This document shows, one piece after another, positions 9,423 through 19,774 of a DNA stretch of 64,000 nucleotides (the first letter of the stretch is position 1; the number at the start of each line of letters is the position of its first letter). Made by a program: the position numbers and the translations under genes. This stretch comes from an uncultured Gammaproteobacteria bacterium. GTDB lineage: Bacteria; Patescibacteriota; Patescibacteriia; UBA11705. A model generated the notes under the pieces. The model saw nothing but the letters and a program-made list of their open reading frames with translations, did not search any database and was not told where the DNA came from. The stretch lies in NCBI GenBank assembly GCA_964592195.1, contig CAZQEI010000003.1:20174-84173 (forward strand), in the 5' to 3' direction.

Positions 9423-9766
9423 AAGAATTTGCTGGTGCTGTTAACGCTGCGGTTGAAAAGAGAAAAGAGGAGAAAGCAAAAATTGAAAAAAATCGACCTT
9501 TTGAATCTCAAAAAAAAGCGCGCGCGTTAATTCGTTCTCTACTTCATGCGATTGAATGTGGATATTCGTATTTTGAACATCCATTAAATCCTTGCGCTGA
9601 GATTGATTTCAAAGGCGAAGATCGAACCAAGTTGGAGAGCCTTCAGGATCCTTATCAATTGTTTATTGAATACTGCAGAAGTGAAGGACTAAATGACATT
9701 AGCATTGGATATACGAGGGGAGAAAGAGTACTCCGACCACTTAAGTTGTTCGTTGCTCTTCCATAA
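9416..9766 (+). CDS. Hypothetical protein
   Basis: GAGGAGG SD; overlaps the HD gene stop. Confidence 0.7.
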   Translation: MLKEFAGAVNAAVEKRKEEKAKIEKNRPFESQKKARALIRSLLHAIECGYSYFEHPLNPCAEIDFKGEDRTKLESLQDPYQLFIEYCRSEGLNDISIGYTRGERVLRPLKLFVALP

Positions 9767-9773
9767 AAAAAAT

Positions 9774-9795
9774 CAGCCTAAACCGGCTGTTTTTT
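9774..9795 (+). terminator. Intrinsic terminator
   Basis: CAGCC-TAAACC-GGCTG plus T6. Confidence 0.7.
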
Positions 9796-9909
9796 ATTTT
9801 ATGAGTTTTTAATATATATTCACCCCATTGCCGTGCAGTGGGGTGGCTCAAAGACTTAAATAAAAATTTGTCATTCGCCGACTGCTCGGCAATCGGCTAG
9901 TGTAAACAA

Positions 9910-10929
9910 TCAAAAAACTCTACCCTTCAACAACCCGGTTTGCGCGCCGACGGCAGATAGAACTGCGGCGCTGTTTTTAATTCCCCACTTCATAGCTTTG
10001 CCAAAATCATTGGTTTTAATTAACGCCGCCAAGAAACCAGAGCCGAACGCATCGCCAGCTCCCACTGTATTTACCACTTTTTTGGCTTGGCTACGCTCAT
10101 AGTAATATTTATCTTGTGAATCATGTCCGTAAGCACCGTTCTTGCCATCAGTAATCACCAAATTTTTCATTCGTAACAATTTCAATAAATCTAATAAATA
10201 TTTAGCGTTATTTATTTTAGTTTTGTTGGCGCGTCGTCCAAAGACATTTAGAGCCAACTCAATCGCCTCATCCTTATTCAAGATTAAAAGCTCAACCTTG
10301 GGCAGGAAATGAATCAATTTTTTAAAATCCTTCAATTGTCTACTCCCAGGATTCCACGCAATTTTAATGGGATGCAAATCTTCACGCGTGCGATCTACCT
10401 GTTTAATTATTTCCCTCATTTGAATAGACCAATCGTCCATAGTTAATGATGAAATATAGTACCAATTGGTTTTAACATGGCGTAAATTGGGAAAACGATG
10501 AAAAGTACTGCAACCTTTGTGGGTAAAAATTACGTGTTCATGATCCAATTCAGCATTTAGAACAAAAGAAAAACCAGTTGCATGTTTAGAATCAACAGTA
10601 ACTAAATCAGTTTCCAAACCTTCTTTTTTCAAAAAGTAATAGATTTCTTGGCCATTCCAATCTTTACCAATGCAAACCATAGGCGCGACTTTCAAACCGA
10701 AATTGTGCAAGCCAACCCCAACATTTAACGCACCGCCACCATAAGTTAACGCCACTTGATCAACCGCAATCTTGGCGCCATATTCCATGGCCATTAATTT
10801 TTGTCTGGTTAAATCTTTTTTATTGTTAATAACCGAAATCTGGTCGCTGGCCATAGTCACGTCTTTCAACGCCGCCCCGACCGTCACCACCTCCACTTTA
10901 CGCATATTTTTTGTTTGTGTTTTTATCAT
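9910..10929 (-). CDS. PfkB-family carbohydrate kinase (start may be 10905)
   Basis: GGGALNV, ILNKDEA, VITDGKNGA, VNTVGAGDAFGSGF. Confidence 0.9.
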   Translation of the reverse strand: MIKTQTKNMRKVEVVTVGAALKDVTMASDQISVINNKKDLTRQKLMAMEYGAKIAVDQVALTYGGGALNVGVGLHNFGLKVAPMVCIGKDWNGQEIYYFLKKEGLETDLVTVDSKHATGFSFVLNAELDHEHVIFTHKGCSTFHRFPNLRHVKTNWYYISSLTMDDWSIQMREIIKQVDRTREDLHPIKIAWNPGSRQLKDFKKLIHFLPKVELLILNKDEAIELALNVFGRRANKTKINNAKYLLDLLKLLRMKNLVITDGKNGAYGHDSQDKYYYERSQAKKVVNTVGAGDAFGSGFLAALIKTNDFGKAMKWGIKNSAAVLSAVGAQTGLLKGRVF

Positions 10930-11058
10930 ATGTAATTATAACATTTTTTTTACAAAATAAAAACATTTTTGTTTTTTTTATTGACAGCACCGCTGTCAAC
11001 TACGGGAATATGTTTATAAAAAAATAAAAACGCCCGGGTCGGGGCGCTTTTGAAAATA

Positions 11059-12366
11059 TTAATTTAATTTACCATTAAAATATTCCACCAACTGATCAAC
11101 TGCAATTCTTTCCTGTTGCATGGTATCACGATCACGAACTGTGACCATATTATCTTTTTCAATGGTGTCAAAATCAACTGTCACACAATATGGCGTACCA
11201 ATTTCATCTTGGCGGCGATAGCGTTTACCAATGCTTTGCGTTTCATCGTAATCAACTGACCATTTACCATTCAAACTTTGCCACACTTCATTGGCTTTCG
11301 CCGATAAATTTTCTTTCTTTGACAATGGTAACACAGCAATTTGATAAGGCGCCAACATTGGCTTCAAGCGTAACACGACACGCGTTTCACCGTCTATTTC
11401 TTCTTCGTCATAAGCTGTTAACAATACTGCCAACAAAGTGCGATCTAACCCCATACTGGGTTCAATTACATGAGGTAAAAACTTTCGTTTCGTATCTTGA
11501 TCAAACCAAGTCAAATCTTCACCTGAAAATTCTTGATGTCTACCTAAATCATAATCAGTGCGATATGCAATGCCCCAAAGTTCTTCTTGACCGAAGGGGA
11601 AATCATATTCCATGTCAATCGTTCGCTTGGAATAGAAAGCGCGATCTTTATCCGCAATTTCCACATCATGTAACAATTCACGTTTTAAACCAAGTGCATC
11701 AAAGAAGCGGTGCATTTCTTCCACCCATTGTTCAAACAATTTATTCCAATCACCAGATTCGGGGTCAAAGAAATATTCTATTTCCAATTGTTCAAATTCA
11801 TAAGTGCGGAAAATAAAATTACCAGAAGTGATTTCATTTCGAAACGCTTTACCAATTTGACCGATGCCAAAAGGTAATTTCAAATTCTTGGCTTGCCAAA
11901 CGTTTTTATAGTTAGCAAAAATGGCACCTGCAGTTTCTGGTCTTAAATAGGTAATCAAACCTTCACCTTGAGTAGCACCAATTTCAGTTTGAAACATACC
12001 ACTAAACATTTTCTGTTCAGTAAATTCGCCGCCGCAATCAGGACATTTTGAAGCATCTTTTAATTTATCCGGACGAAAACGATTATGGCATTTTTTACAT
12101 TCCACCAAGGGATCTTTGAAGTTAGTCACATGACCGCTGGCCTCCCAAATCTTCGGACTCATCAAAATACCGCCATCAATACCTACCATATCGCGTCGTT
12201 GACGAATAAACATTTGCCACCAAAGTTTTTTGATGTTATTTTTTAACTCCACGCCCAATGGGCCATAGTCATAAGTACTGCCCAACCCGCCATAAATTTC
12301 CGATCCCGGAAACACAAAACCCCGGCGCTTGCACAGACTGACGATTTTATCCATCGAATTGTTCAT
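11059..12366 (-). CDS. glyQS: Glycine--tRNA ligase, homodimeric type
   Basis: CKRRGFVFPGSEIYGG, YLRPETA, GKAFRNEI, SIGKRYRRQDEIGTP; the upstream ORF extension runs through a repeat. Confidence 0.96.
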   Translation of the reverse strand: MNNSMDKIVSLCKRRGFVFPGSEIYGGLGSTYDYGPLGVELKNNIKKLWWQMFIRQRRDMVGIDGGILMSPKIWEASGHVTNFKDPLVECKKCHNRFRPDKLKDASKCPDCGGEFTEQKMFSGMFQTEIGATQGEGLITYLRPETAGAIFANYKNVWQAKNLKLPFGIGQIGKAFRNEITSGNFIFRTYEFEQLEIEYFFDPESGDWNKLFEQWVEEMHRFFDALGLKRELLHDVEIADKDRAFYSKRTIDMEYDFPFGQEELWGIAYRTDYDLGRHQEFSGEDLTWFDQDTKRKFLPHVIEPSMGLDRTLLAVLLTAYDEEEIDGETRVVLRLKPMLAPYQIAVLPLSKKENLSAKANEVWQSLNGKWSVDYDETQSIGKRYRRQDEIGTPYCVTVDFDTIEKDNMVTVRDRDTMQQERIAVDQLVEYFNGKLN

Positions 12367-12377
12367 AATGATATTAA

Positions 12378-12469
12378 TTACGAATGTACGAATTTGTTTC
12401 GAATATTTACGAATTACATCCCTAGCCAATAATTCGGAAAAATTCGTAATTGATTCGAAAATTCGTATT
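12378..12469. repeat. Inverted pair of TTACGAAT/TTCGAAT tandem arms; related copies 28448-28547 and single arm 30327-30366
   Basis: Four ACGAAT/TCGAAT units per arm, arms in opposite orientation. Confidence 0.75.
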
Positions 12470-12471
12470 GA

Positions 12472-13026
12472 CTATACCGTCATTATTTCCTTATCCTTCG
12501 CTTCCGCGATATCCTGAACCGTCTTGTTCCAACCTTCAATTTCCTTATCCAATTCTTTCAGGTAATCAAACTTATCATCTTCAGTTAATTCTTTATTCTT
12601 TTCCGCGCTAATAATTTCTTCGCGAATATTTTCACGAATGGAGCGCAAAGCGATTTTTGATTCTTCCAATCTTTCTCTTAAAAGTTTAACCAAGTCTTGT
12701 CGATTCTCCTCGGTCATCATAGGAATATTAATGCGAACGACATTACCATCCACACTGGCCTTCACGCCCATATCAGATTCGTTAATGGCGATTTCAATGG
12801 CTTTGGTAATACTCTTGTCCCAAGGTTCAATACGAATGACTCGTGGTTCTGGGATTGAAATACTAGCCAATTGATTCAATGGCATTTTGGAACCGTAAGA
12901 TTCCACTAAAATTTTCTCCACCATATTCGGATTAGCCCGACCGGTGCGCAAACCATTGCATTCATCTTTAAAATGCTCAATGGCCTTTGTAACAGATTCT
13001 TGATGTTTAACAATATAACTGTTCAT
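12472..13026 (-). CDS. frr: Ribosome recycling factor
   Basis: LRTGRANP, YGSKMPLNQLA, I.PWDKS, P.MTEE.R. Confidence 0.97.
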   Translation of the reverse strand: MNSYIVKHQESVTKAIEHFKDECNGLRTGRANPNMVEKILVESYGSKMPLNQLASISIPEPRVIRIEPWDKSITKAIEIAINESDMGVKASVDGNVVRINIPMMTEENRQDLVKLLRERLEESKIALRSIRENIREEIISAEKNKELTEDDKFDYLKELDKEIEGWNKTVQDIAEAKDKEIMTV

Positions 13027-13117
13027 ATTACGTCTACTAATGACAAATCAGCTACGAATCTACGAATACAAAATACTAATTCGTATTATTTGTATTGATT
13101 TGTAATTTGTAACTATA

Positions 13118-14182
13118 TTATTTCTTAACTTCTTGATATCCCAAATACACAATTTTATCATTCTTCAAATGCACTTGCATATCGGTAATACGGCTCACGG
13201 ATGGCAAAGCGCGAGTTTCCCAAGTTTCACCACCATTAACACTACGATACAAGGTCTTATCATCGACTAAGAAAATTACCCCCGTATTAACTGAAGACGC
13301 GGCAAAAGCATAGAATGTCGTCTGATCCACTCCGGTAATTAACTTCACTTGAGACCAAGATTGACCGCCGTCTAGGGAACGAACTAAGCCAAACCGGCAA
13401 GTATAGTAAAGTGTATTAGGACTACCTTTAACTAAGTCTAAATCAAAGCCATCATTGACATTACCAGCAAAATCTTTCATATTATCAGCCAAACTCACCC
13501 AGCTGGCACCGCTATCAATAGATTTGTATATATTAGCATTTTCTAGCAAAGCGTAAAGGGTAGTCGATTGATTTGGTTCAATAATCATTTTCTTTATTTT
13601 CTTGTTGAAATCAAACAAGTTTACCCAACTCTGACCGCCGTTCAAGCTTTTATAAACCGTACCATCAGTGGCACCGGCATAAACCACGGTTGGATCAAAG
13701 GGATCCACGATAATTGATATGATTACATCACCACCGTTAGGTGTGTTGAATTTTTGAGACCAAGTACGACTGCAATCACCGCTCTTAAAAACTTTATTAT
13801 CAACACCAGCGTAAACATTACATTTATCTTTTGGATCAATAGCAATACTTACCACTTTTCCGGCCGACAACTTACCAGCCTTGTTCCAACCTTCACCACC
13901 ATTATAAGAATACAACAAACCATCGGTTACAGAACCAGCGTAAATCGCGTCAGTATCAGTCGGATCCATGACAATGGTCGTGATTTGACCACCAGGAATA
14001 TTGGCTTCTACCGCCCCTGCTGTCATCATTTTCACCCGTTGATACCATGTTTCACCACGATCAGGCGTGGCAAAAATACCAGTGGAAGAATTAACCGTGG
14101 GAGCCGCAGTTTTTAACTTGATACATCCGGAGATAGACACACTCAAAGCTACTAACAGAACAAACAATAAAACTTTTTTCAT
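13118..14182 (-). CDS. Lipoprotein with BNR/Asp-box beta-propeller (YCF48-like)
   Basis: Lipobox ISGC; repeated SxDGGxxW motifs. Confidence 0.85.
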   Translation of the reverse strand: MKKVLLFVLLVALSVSISGCIKLKTAAPTVNSSTGIFATPDRGETWYQRVKMMTAGAVEANIPGGQITTIVMDPTDTDAIYAGSVTDGLLYSYNGGEGWNKAGKLSAGKVVSIAIDPKDKCNVYAGVDNKVFKSGDCSRTWSQKFNTPNGGDVIISIIVDPFDPTVVYAGATDGTVYKSLNGGQSWVNLFDFNKKIKKMIIEPNQSTTLYALLENANIYKSIDSGASWVSLADNMKDFAGNVNDGFDLDLVKGSPNTLYYTCRFGLVRSLDGGQSWSQVKLITGVDQTTFYAFAASSVNTGVIFLVDDKTLYRSVNGGETWETRALPSVSRITDMQVHLKNDKIVYLGYQEVKK

Positions 14183-14205
14183 AGTTTTTATTTTTATATA
14201 AATAT

Positions 14206-15231
14206 TTATGTTAAAAATAGATTTTCAAAAACAAATTTCGGATTCACATTCTGTTCCAGATATTCCCGAGATTGCGCCAATTTCCAAAACCAATTCTGGG
14301 GTAAAGGTAAAAAGTTTTTTATATCACTCATTAAATTCACATTGTTCACGTGCGATTCATTCCCGGTCATTAACACATAATAATCTCTGGTTAAATGACT
14401 AATTATTTCTAATTTTCGCAACGCTTCATCTCGATTAAAATCTTTAGCGGTTAAAGTTTCAAGCGCTTTCACTCGCTCCCAATTTTTTGTTTGTAATAAG
14501 GGCAAGCACGATTGAATTTGTTCTTCGTAGGCTTGGTAAAATTCCATGTCAGTATTTAAATTTTCTGCCAACGTGGGTCTTCCAGCTGTTACTGCAGAAA
14601 TAGTTCTCGCTCGGTTACGATCAACTCCTTTTTTAACTAAATCATCGTAAACTTTTTCTTTTCCGATGGGTAAAAATTTAACCAACTGACTGCGGGAAAT
14701 TACTGTTGGCAACATGGAATCAATTGAAGTGCTGATCAAAATAATTACAGTCTTCGGCGTTGGTTCTTCTAAAAACTTTAATAAACTATTACTAGCGCCG
14801 TCACTTAGATATTCCGCTTCAGGTACAATAATTACTTTATATCCATTACTGAAAGAATGGTTTCCCAACCGTTCCAATAAATTTCGAACTTGCTCCACTT
14901 TGATCATCTGCTTATTCCCCTTTTCTTCACTGACACCACGTTCCAGTAAATAGTAATCCGCATACAAACCTTTCTGAAATGCTCGACAACTGGGACACTC
15001 ACCGCAACCTAAAGTATTTAATTTTAATTTATCACCATCAAATAGATCATTGTAATTTTCACAAATCAGAAAATTTGCTAATCGCGTGGCCACCGCCATT
15101 TTGCCAATCATTTTTGGACCAGTAAATAAATATACTTGCGCCAACCTTCGTTGTCGTAAACTTGATTCCAACAGATTCAAGATTTTTTCATGGCCGAGAA
15201 TATTCCACTTGGCCTGCGGTTTGTCTGACAT
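14206..15231 (-). CDS. holB: DNA polymerase III delta-prime subunit
   Basis: YLFTGP..IGK, CGECPSC Zn motif, ASNSLLKFLEEP, LPTVISR. Confidence 0.9.
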   Translation of the reverse strand: MSDKPQAKWNILGHEKILNLLESSLRQRRLAQVYLFTGPKMIGKMAVATRLANFLICENYNDLFDGDKLKLNTLGCGECPSCRAFQKGLYADYYLLERGVSEEKGNKQMIKVEQVRNLLERLGNHSFSNGYKVIIVPEAEYLSDGASNSLLKFLEEPTPKTVIILISTSIDSMLPTVISRSQLVKFLPIGKEKVYDDLVKKGVDRNRARTISAVTAGRPTLAENLNTDMEFYQAYEEQIQSCLPLLQTKNWERVKALETLTAKDFNRDEALRKLEIISHLTRDYYVLMTGNESHVNNVNLMSDIKNFLPLPQNWFWKLAQSREYLEQNVNPKFVFENLFLT

Positions 15232-15267
15232 AACTGTAATTTATTACAAAATTATTATGTCATTTAC

Positions 15268-15382
15268 TTTTGAACAAGGGGTCTTGACCCCTTGTTTATC
15301 TCAATCTTTCGAGAAAGTAAATGCTTAATAAATATTTTTCGACAAATTATATTTCCAAGGGGTCAAGACCCCTTGTTCAAAA
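15268..15382. repeat. REPIN-like element with perfect 27-bp inverted arms, each containing a hairpin
   Basis: TTTTGAACAAGGGGTCTTGACCCCTTG at 15268-15294; exact reverse complement at 15356-15382. Confidence 0.85.
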
Positions 15383-15420
15383 ATATTTATATCTTCTTGT
15401 TATTATCTAGTATATCAAAA

Positions 15421-16551
15421 CTATCCAAGATTTTCAAAAACTTTCAAAGTTTCGCGCGCAGTTTTTTCCCAAGAAAACTTTTTTATTTGTTCATAACCAG
15501 ATTCGATTAACATTTCTTTCACTTCTGGATTGTCAACCACAGTTTCAATGGCTTTGATAATCGCTTCTTGATTATGAGGATTAAATTTAATCGCCGCTTC
15601 ACCCACGACTTCTGGTAAAGATGCGGCATTGGAACAAACTACTGGGCAACCGCAAGCCATGGCTTCCAATGGCGGAATACCAAAGCCTTCATAGAATGAC
15701 GGAAAAACAAATAAGTCAGCCGTATTATACAATAGCACCATATCAGCCACATTGATGTAATCTAAAAATTTAATATCTTGCGCTTGACGAGAAAGTTCCA
15801 AATTCAATTCAATTTCTTCAAAACTCAAACCTTTCTTACCAGCCAAGACTAATTTATGTTTATCTTCAGGATGACGTTTTTTATATTCCAAAAAAGCAGA
15901 AATCAAACCTTCGACATTTTTCTTTTTTTCCAAGCGACTGACAAACAAAAAGAACGGCGCATCCAAACCATATTGTTCTTTTAATTTATTTTTCTTTTCT
16001 TCTTCAGTTAACTCCAATCGCTTAAACGCTTTTTCATTGTAACTAATTGGAATTACAACGATTCTCGATTCTTCAATACCGTAAACTTCCATTATTTCTC
16101 GTTTAGAAAATTCAGACACAGTAATAATCTTGGTAGCATTCTTCTTAATAAACTTCGCAGTCCAGTTGTGATACAGTTTATCCGCCCAATGATAATACTC
16201 AGGAAACCGAGCAAAACCAATATCGTGCATAGTTACCACTGAAAATCTAGGATTAGCGAGTGGAATTGTATGTGCGGGAACGAATAAAATTTCAGGTTTA
16301 TTGTGAGAAAATTTCATTTCCCAAGTTAAACGAATCAAAGTCCAGAAACGAACAGGCAACCACCATAATATTCTTTCAAAAAAATTCGCCGGGCAAACTT
16401 TCAAATCCCCTTCCAGTGGTCGATCAGAATACAAAAAATACTGATTGGTATTATCAATCTTTTTCAAATTTTCAATTAAGTTGAACGCATACCACTCCAC
16501 GCCTGTTTTAATAGGGCGATTGGCGCGGGAAGCGTCGATGCCGATTAACAT
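15421..16551 (-). CDS. Glycosyltransferase family 4
   Basis: [36 protein letters not shown]. Confidence 0.93.
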   Translation of the reverse strand: MLIGIDASRANRPIKTGVEWYAFNLIENLKKIDNTNQYFLYSDRPLEGDLKVCPANFFERILWWLPVRFWTLIRLTWEMKFSHNKPEILFVPAHTIPLANPRFSVVTMHDIGFARFPEYYHWADKLYHNWTAKFIKKNATKIITVSEFSKREIMEVYGIEESRIVVIPISYNEKAFKRLELTEEEKKNKLKEQYGLDAPFFLFVSRLEKKKNVEGLISAFLEYKKRHPEDKHKLVLAGKKGLSFEEIELNLELSRQAQDIKFLDYINVADMVLLYNTADLFVFPSFYEGFGIPPLEAMACGCPVVCSNAASLPEVVGEAAIKFNPHNQEAIIKAIETVVDNPEVKEMLIESGYEQIKKFSWEKTARETLKVFENLG

Positions 16552-16556
16552 ATTGG

Positions 16557-16588
16557 GACATTGACCATTGATCATTGACCATTGATCA
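16557..16588. repeat. CATTGAY heptamer tandem; similar tracts near 22840, 30395 and 31150
   Basis: Read directly. Confidence 0.65.
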
Positions 16589-16595
16589 CGGAAAA

Positions 16596-17165
16596 TTATT
16601 TAATACTTCGTATTTCTAAATTTAAATTTGTTGGGGCAATAACTTCAACAGAATCAAAACCTTCATCAGTAGTTGGATTTTCGGTCATAGCAATAAACTG
16701 GTTAATCAATAAGTGCGCGCGTTCATTAAAATCGCCTTGTCTCTCGCCTGCGGTTAAAGTTTTAAGGTGTCGTTCAATAAAAGTTTGTTCATCCAGAGGT
16801 AAAGCAATCGCTTTGATCTTGTAACCGAACTTTTTCAGATCTAAAACACCTTTTCGTGTCGCACGTTGCAGATTAGTGCCGTCATAAATGATTTTTTCCG
16901 GTTTTTCCCTTTCAACAATGGCTTCAATTCTAGCGTTTAACATTTTAGTGGCAACTTCATTCTTTATATCAAATATTTTTTTCTTATTTTCTGCAATATC
17001 AGGAGTAATTAACGCTTTTACTTGTTCATCAAATTCCGAAGAAGCCACAATTTCTTTTATTAACTTATCACGCTCAATCAAAAAATAACCCTGCTCAACA
17101 TACTTTTTTGCCAAAGTGCTTTTACCCGAATATGGCAAACCAATTGTCATGATTATTTCTTTCAT
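16596..17165 (-). CDS. P-loop kinase (AAA_33 / polynucleotide-kinase-like)
   Basis: GLPYSGKST, IIYDGTNL...R, P...EGFD. Confidence 0.85.
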   Translation of the reverse strand: MKEIIMTIGLPYSGKSTLAKKYVEQGYFLIERDKLIKEIVASSEFDEQVKALITPDIAENKKKIFDIKNEVATKMLNARIEAIVEREKPEKIIYDGTNLQRATRKGVLDLKKFGYKIKAIALPLDEQTFIERHLKTLTAGERQGDFNERAHLLINQFIAMTENPTTDEGFDSVEVIAPTNLNLEIRSIK

Positions 17166-17220
17166 AATACCAATTTAACTTTTTGGAATTTAGAATTTGG
17201 TGCTTGGAATTTACGATCCA

Positions 17221-18228
17221 TTATCTCGTAGCTAATATGGATCGTTTATACATATCCAGATTATCAAGAGCAATACCTGTCCCCTTCGCTACGCACAACA
17301 TGGGATCGTCGGCAATGTAGACGGGAACACCGATGGCGCGAGACACGAGCTGATCAATGTGGCGAAGCATACTACTACCACCACTCATAATTATACCTTT
17401 ATCAATCACATCAGCAGAAAGTTCCGGTGGAGTTTGATTCAACACTTCTTTCACAGCGGTAATGATTCCTTCCAAATCTTTTTGCAACGCTTCAGTCACA
17501 TCGTTCGAACTGACAGAAATAGTTTTTGGTAATCCGGAAACCATATCCCGACCACGAACTTCTAAATAGGCTGGTTCTTCGGTATATAACGCACTGCCAA
17601 TTTCAATTTTAATACTTTCCGCTGTTCTTTCCCCTATCGCTAAACCATATTTACGTCGAACATATTCAGAAATAGACGCGTCAAATCTGGTACCACCAAT
17701 GCGAACTGACTTCGAAGCTACAATTCCTCCGAGGGAAATAACTGCCACTTCGCTGGTACCACCACCAATATCAATAATCATGTGACCGGAAGCTGTGCCG
17801 ATCGGAATATTGGCGCCAATAGCCGCCGCAATTGGTTCTTTGATAATGTAAGCTGCGCGCGCGCCAGCCGCAATCGTCGCATCGATCACTGCGCGTCGTT
17901 CAGTGGACGTAATACCGGCGGGAACTGCCACCATGACTTCTGGACGGAAAATTTTAATACCGCCGACCGCTTTGTTAATAAAATACCGCAACATGGCTTC
18001 TGTAGCTTTGTAATCCGCAATCACCCCATCTTTCAACGGTCGTGATGCAATAATTGATTCCGGCGTGCGACCAATCATTTCCTTGGCTTCATCACCCACA
18101 GCTAAAATTTTCTTATCCAAAATCGAAACCGCCACGACTGACGGTTCGTTTATGACAATGCCTTTTTTGGGTAAATGGACCAACGTGTATGTTGTCCCCA
18201 AATCAATGCCGATTTTCTTGATGAACAT
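17221..18228 (-). CDS. mreB: Rod shape-determining protein MreB
   Basis: IGIDLGT, EPSVVA, PLKDGVIAD, IDIGGGTSEVAVISLGG. Confidence 0.97.
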   Translation of the reverse strand: MFIKKIGIDLGTTYTLVHLPKKGIVINEPSVVAVSILDKKILAVGDEAKEMIGRTPESIIASRPLKDGVIADYKATEAMLRYFINKAVGGIKIFRPEVMVAVPAGITSTERRAVIDATIAAGARAAYIIKEPIAAAIGANIPIGTASGHMIIDIGGGTSEVAVISLGGIVASKSVRIGGTRFDASISEYVRRKYGLAIGERTAESIKIEIGSALYTEEPAYLEVRGRDMVSGLPKTISVSSNDVTEALQKDLEGIITAVKEVLNQTPPELSADVIDKGIIMSGGSSMLRHIDQLVSRAIGVPVYIADDPMLCVAKGTGIALDNLDMYKRSILATR

Positions 18229-18230
18229 AA

Positions 18231-19196
18231 TTATTTATCCTCTTCCAATTGCCCCTCCTCTTTCAATCGAATTAATTGATCTGTTTTAAGCTTACTTTCT
18301 TGTTCAATGAAAAATTTATTCACTCCGGGAATCATTCCCAACCAACGACGGATTAAATCCAGGATTTCAACTACCTTAACTTTTACCGACTTCAATAACT
18401 TCCAAACTTCAGCCGAAGTTTCCTCACCAACTTTTTTAAATTCTGCTTGTTTATTAACTGGCATTTTGACGAAATAAGCATCCAAACCATCAGACAACAC
18501 ATCTTCAATCTTGGCGATAGGTTTGGGTTTAGTCTGTTGAGCTGTTGCATGTTGCTGAGCTTGTAAAACCGTGCCCATGTCTTCTTTATGAGCTTCAAAA
18601 TCTTTCTTCTCAGCTTCAGTGGCTTCCAAAATTTCACGACCTTCTTCTTGGGACTCTTCCAAAGTCTCTTCTTCATCCAAGGTTTCTTCTTCCATTTCTT
18701 CAGGCGTAGCCTTCGTTTCTCTACCTTCCATAACCGCCGTTTTCCAAGGTTGAATAGGTTTCTGCACTGGTTCTTCTTTTTCAACTTCATCTAACGAATC
18801 ATCAGAATCACTTTCATTTTCCTGATTTAAAGTTTCTGTCACCCCCAGCGACTTGTCCTCCGTAGCCTTGGCGAAGGAGGAATGCGGGGGCTCTTTATCC
18901 TCTTCCACCACTTCTGGTAATTTTTCTTTCGCCATTTCCTTATCAATTTCCTTCAATGCGGCCTTGATATCAGAATCATCATCTTCTTCCTCATCCAAAA
19001 GATCATCTTCTGTCTCATCTAAATCAGAAACCGGCTCGCTCATGGGAGCTGGCACTGAATCGATTTTTTTTATTTTTGGTTCCTCTTCAATTTTGGCCAA
19101 ATTTGGCGTTTCAAACACCCCTTCTCCGACGGAAGTAGTATCGTCGTTTGCGGCGTTCGAAGTTGTCGCTTTTGTTTTTGTATCGTTAGTCGCCAT
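18231..19196 (-). CDS. Acidic low-complexity protein with a C-terminal helical domain
   Basis: E/D-rich N-terminal region; ends 2 nt before the mreB start. Confidence 0.8.
   Translation of the reverse strand: MATNDTKTKATTSNAANDDTTSVGEGVFETPNLAKIEEEPKIKKIDSVPAPMSEPVSDLDETEDDLLDEEEDDDSDIKAALKEIDKEMAKEKLPEVVEEDKEPPHSSFAKATEDKSLGVTETLNQENESDSDDSLDEVEKEEPVQKPIQPWKTAVMEGRETKATPEEMEEETLDEEETLEESQEEGREILEATEAEKKDFEAHKEDMGTVLQAQQHATAQQTKPKPIAKIEDVLSDGLDAYFVKMPVNKQAEFKKVGEETSAEVWKLLKSVKVKVVEILDLIRRWLGMIPGVNKFFIEQESKLKTDQLIRLKEEGQLEEDK
18852..18881. repeat. 30-bp hairpin element CTTGTCCTCCGWAGYYTYRRCGAAGGAGGA inside a CDS; copies 28972-29001 and partial 1-22
   Basis: The two full copies share both boundaries. 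Confidence 0.8.
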
Positions 19197-19365
19197 GGTC
19201 GTATTTTTAAGTTTAAAGTCAATAATATTATAGCAATCATAATTGACAAAGTAAAGCTATAAAGTGAATAAATTTAGGCTAATTTTCATTTAAATTTACA
19301 GATTATTCTTGACCGATTTTACTCTATGTGCTATAAATACTTGGTAAAACAAAACGAGGTAGCTA

Positions 19366-19569
19366 GTGGATAACATCCTCTGGCTCGCAGTGATACACTT
19401 GATGCTCTGGGGATTTTCCCTAATTTTAACGCCAATCACAGATCTAATTCGCCGAGCTGGCTTCAAACAGATGGCTCATCACATGACCCACCTCCATCTC
19501 TTGCCACTCTTGGCTCTGACTTCCCTGTTTCAAACTTTATGGCGTGAAATACGTAACGCTATGCGATAG
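19366..19569 (+). CDS. Small hydrophobic protein
   Basis: TTGACC-17-TATAAA promoter at 19309-19337, GAGGT SD, hairpin terminator downstream. Confidence 0.5.
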   Translation: MDNILWLAVIHLMLWGFSLILTPITDLIRRAGFKQMAHHMTHLHLLPLLALTSLFQTLWREIRNAMR

Positions 19570-19647
19570 TCGCTGGACCGCCCCCACAATCACTCTCCCC
19601 CGCGTTCGTGCTTCAAGCACTCTGCTGCGCAATCCCTCCACAAAAAA

Positions 19648-19684
19648 GAGCTCGACGTCAACTGGCGTCGAGTTCTTCCTTTTT
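19648..19684. terminator. Probably bidirectional terminator
   Basis: GAGCTCGACGTCA..TGGCGTCGAGTTC with an A-tract before and a T-tract after; lies between convergent genes. Confidence 0.75.
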
Positions 19685-19774
19685 CTGGTAAATTGGCAAT
19701 TAGTAAAGAGGTAAATTAGTACATTGAAATATTTCAAATAACTTCCTTGTACCATTTTACCAGTATACCAATTA

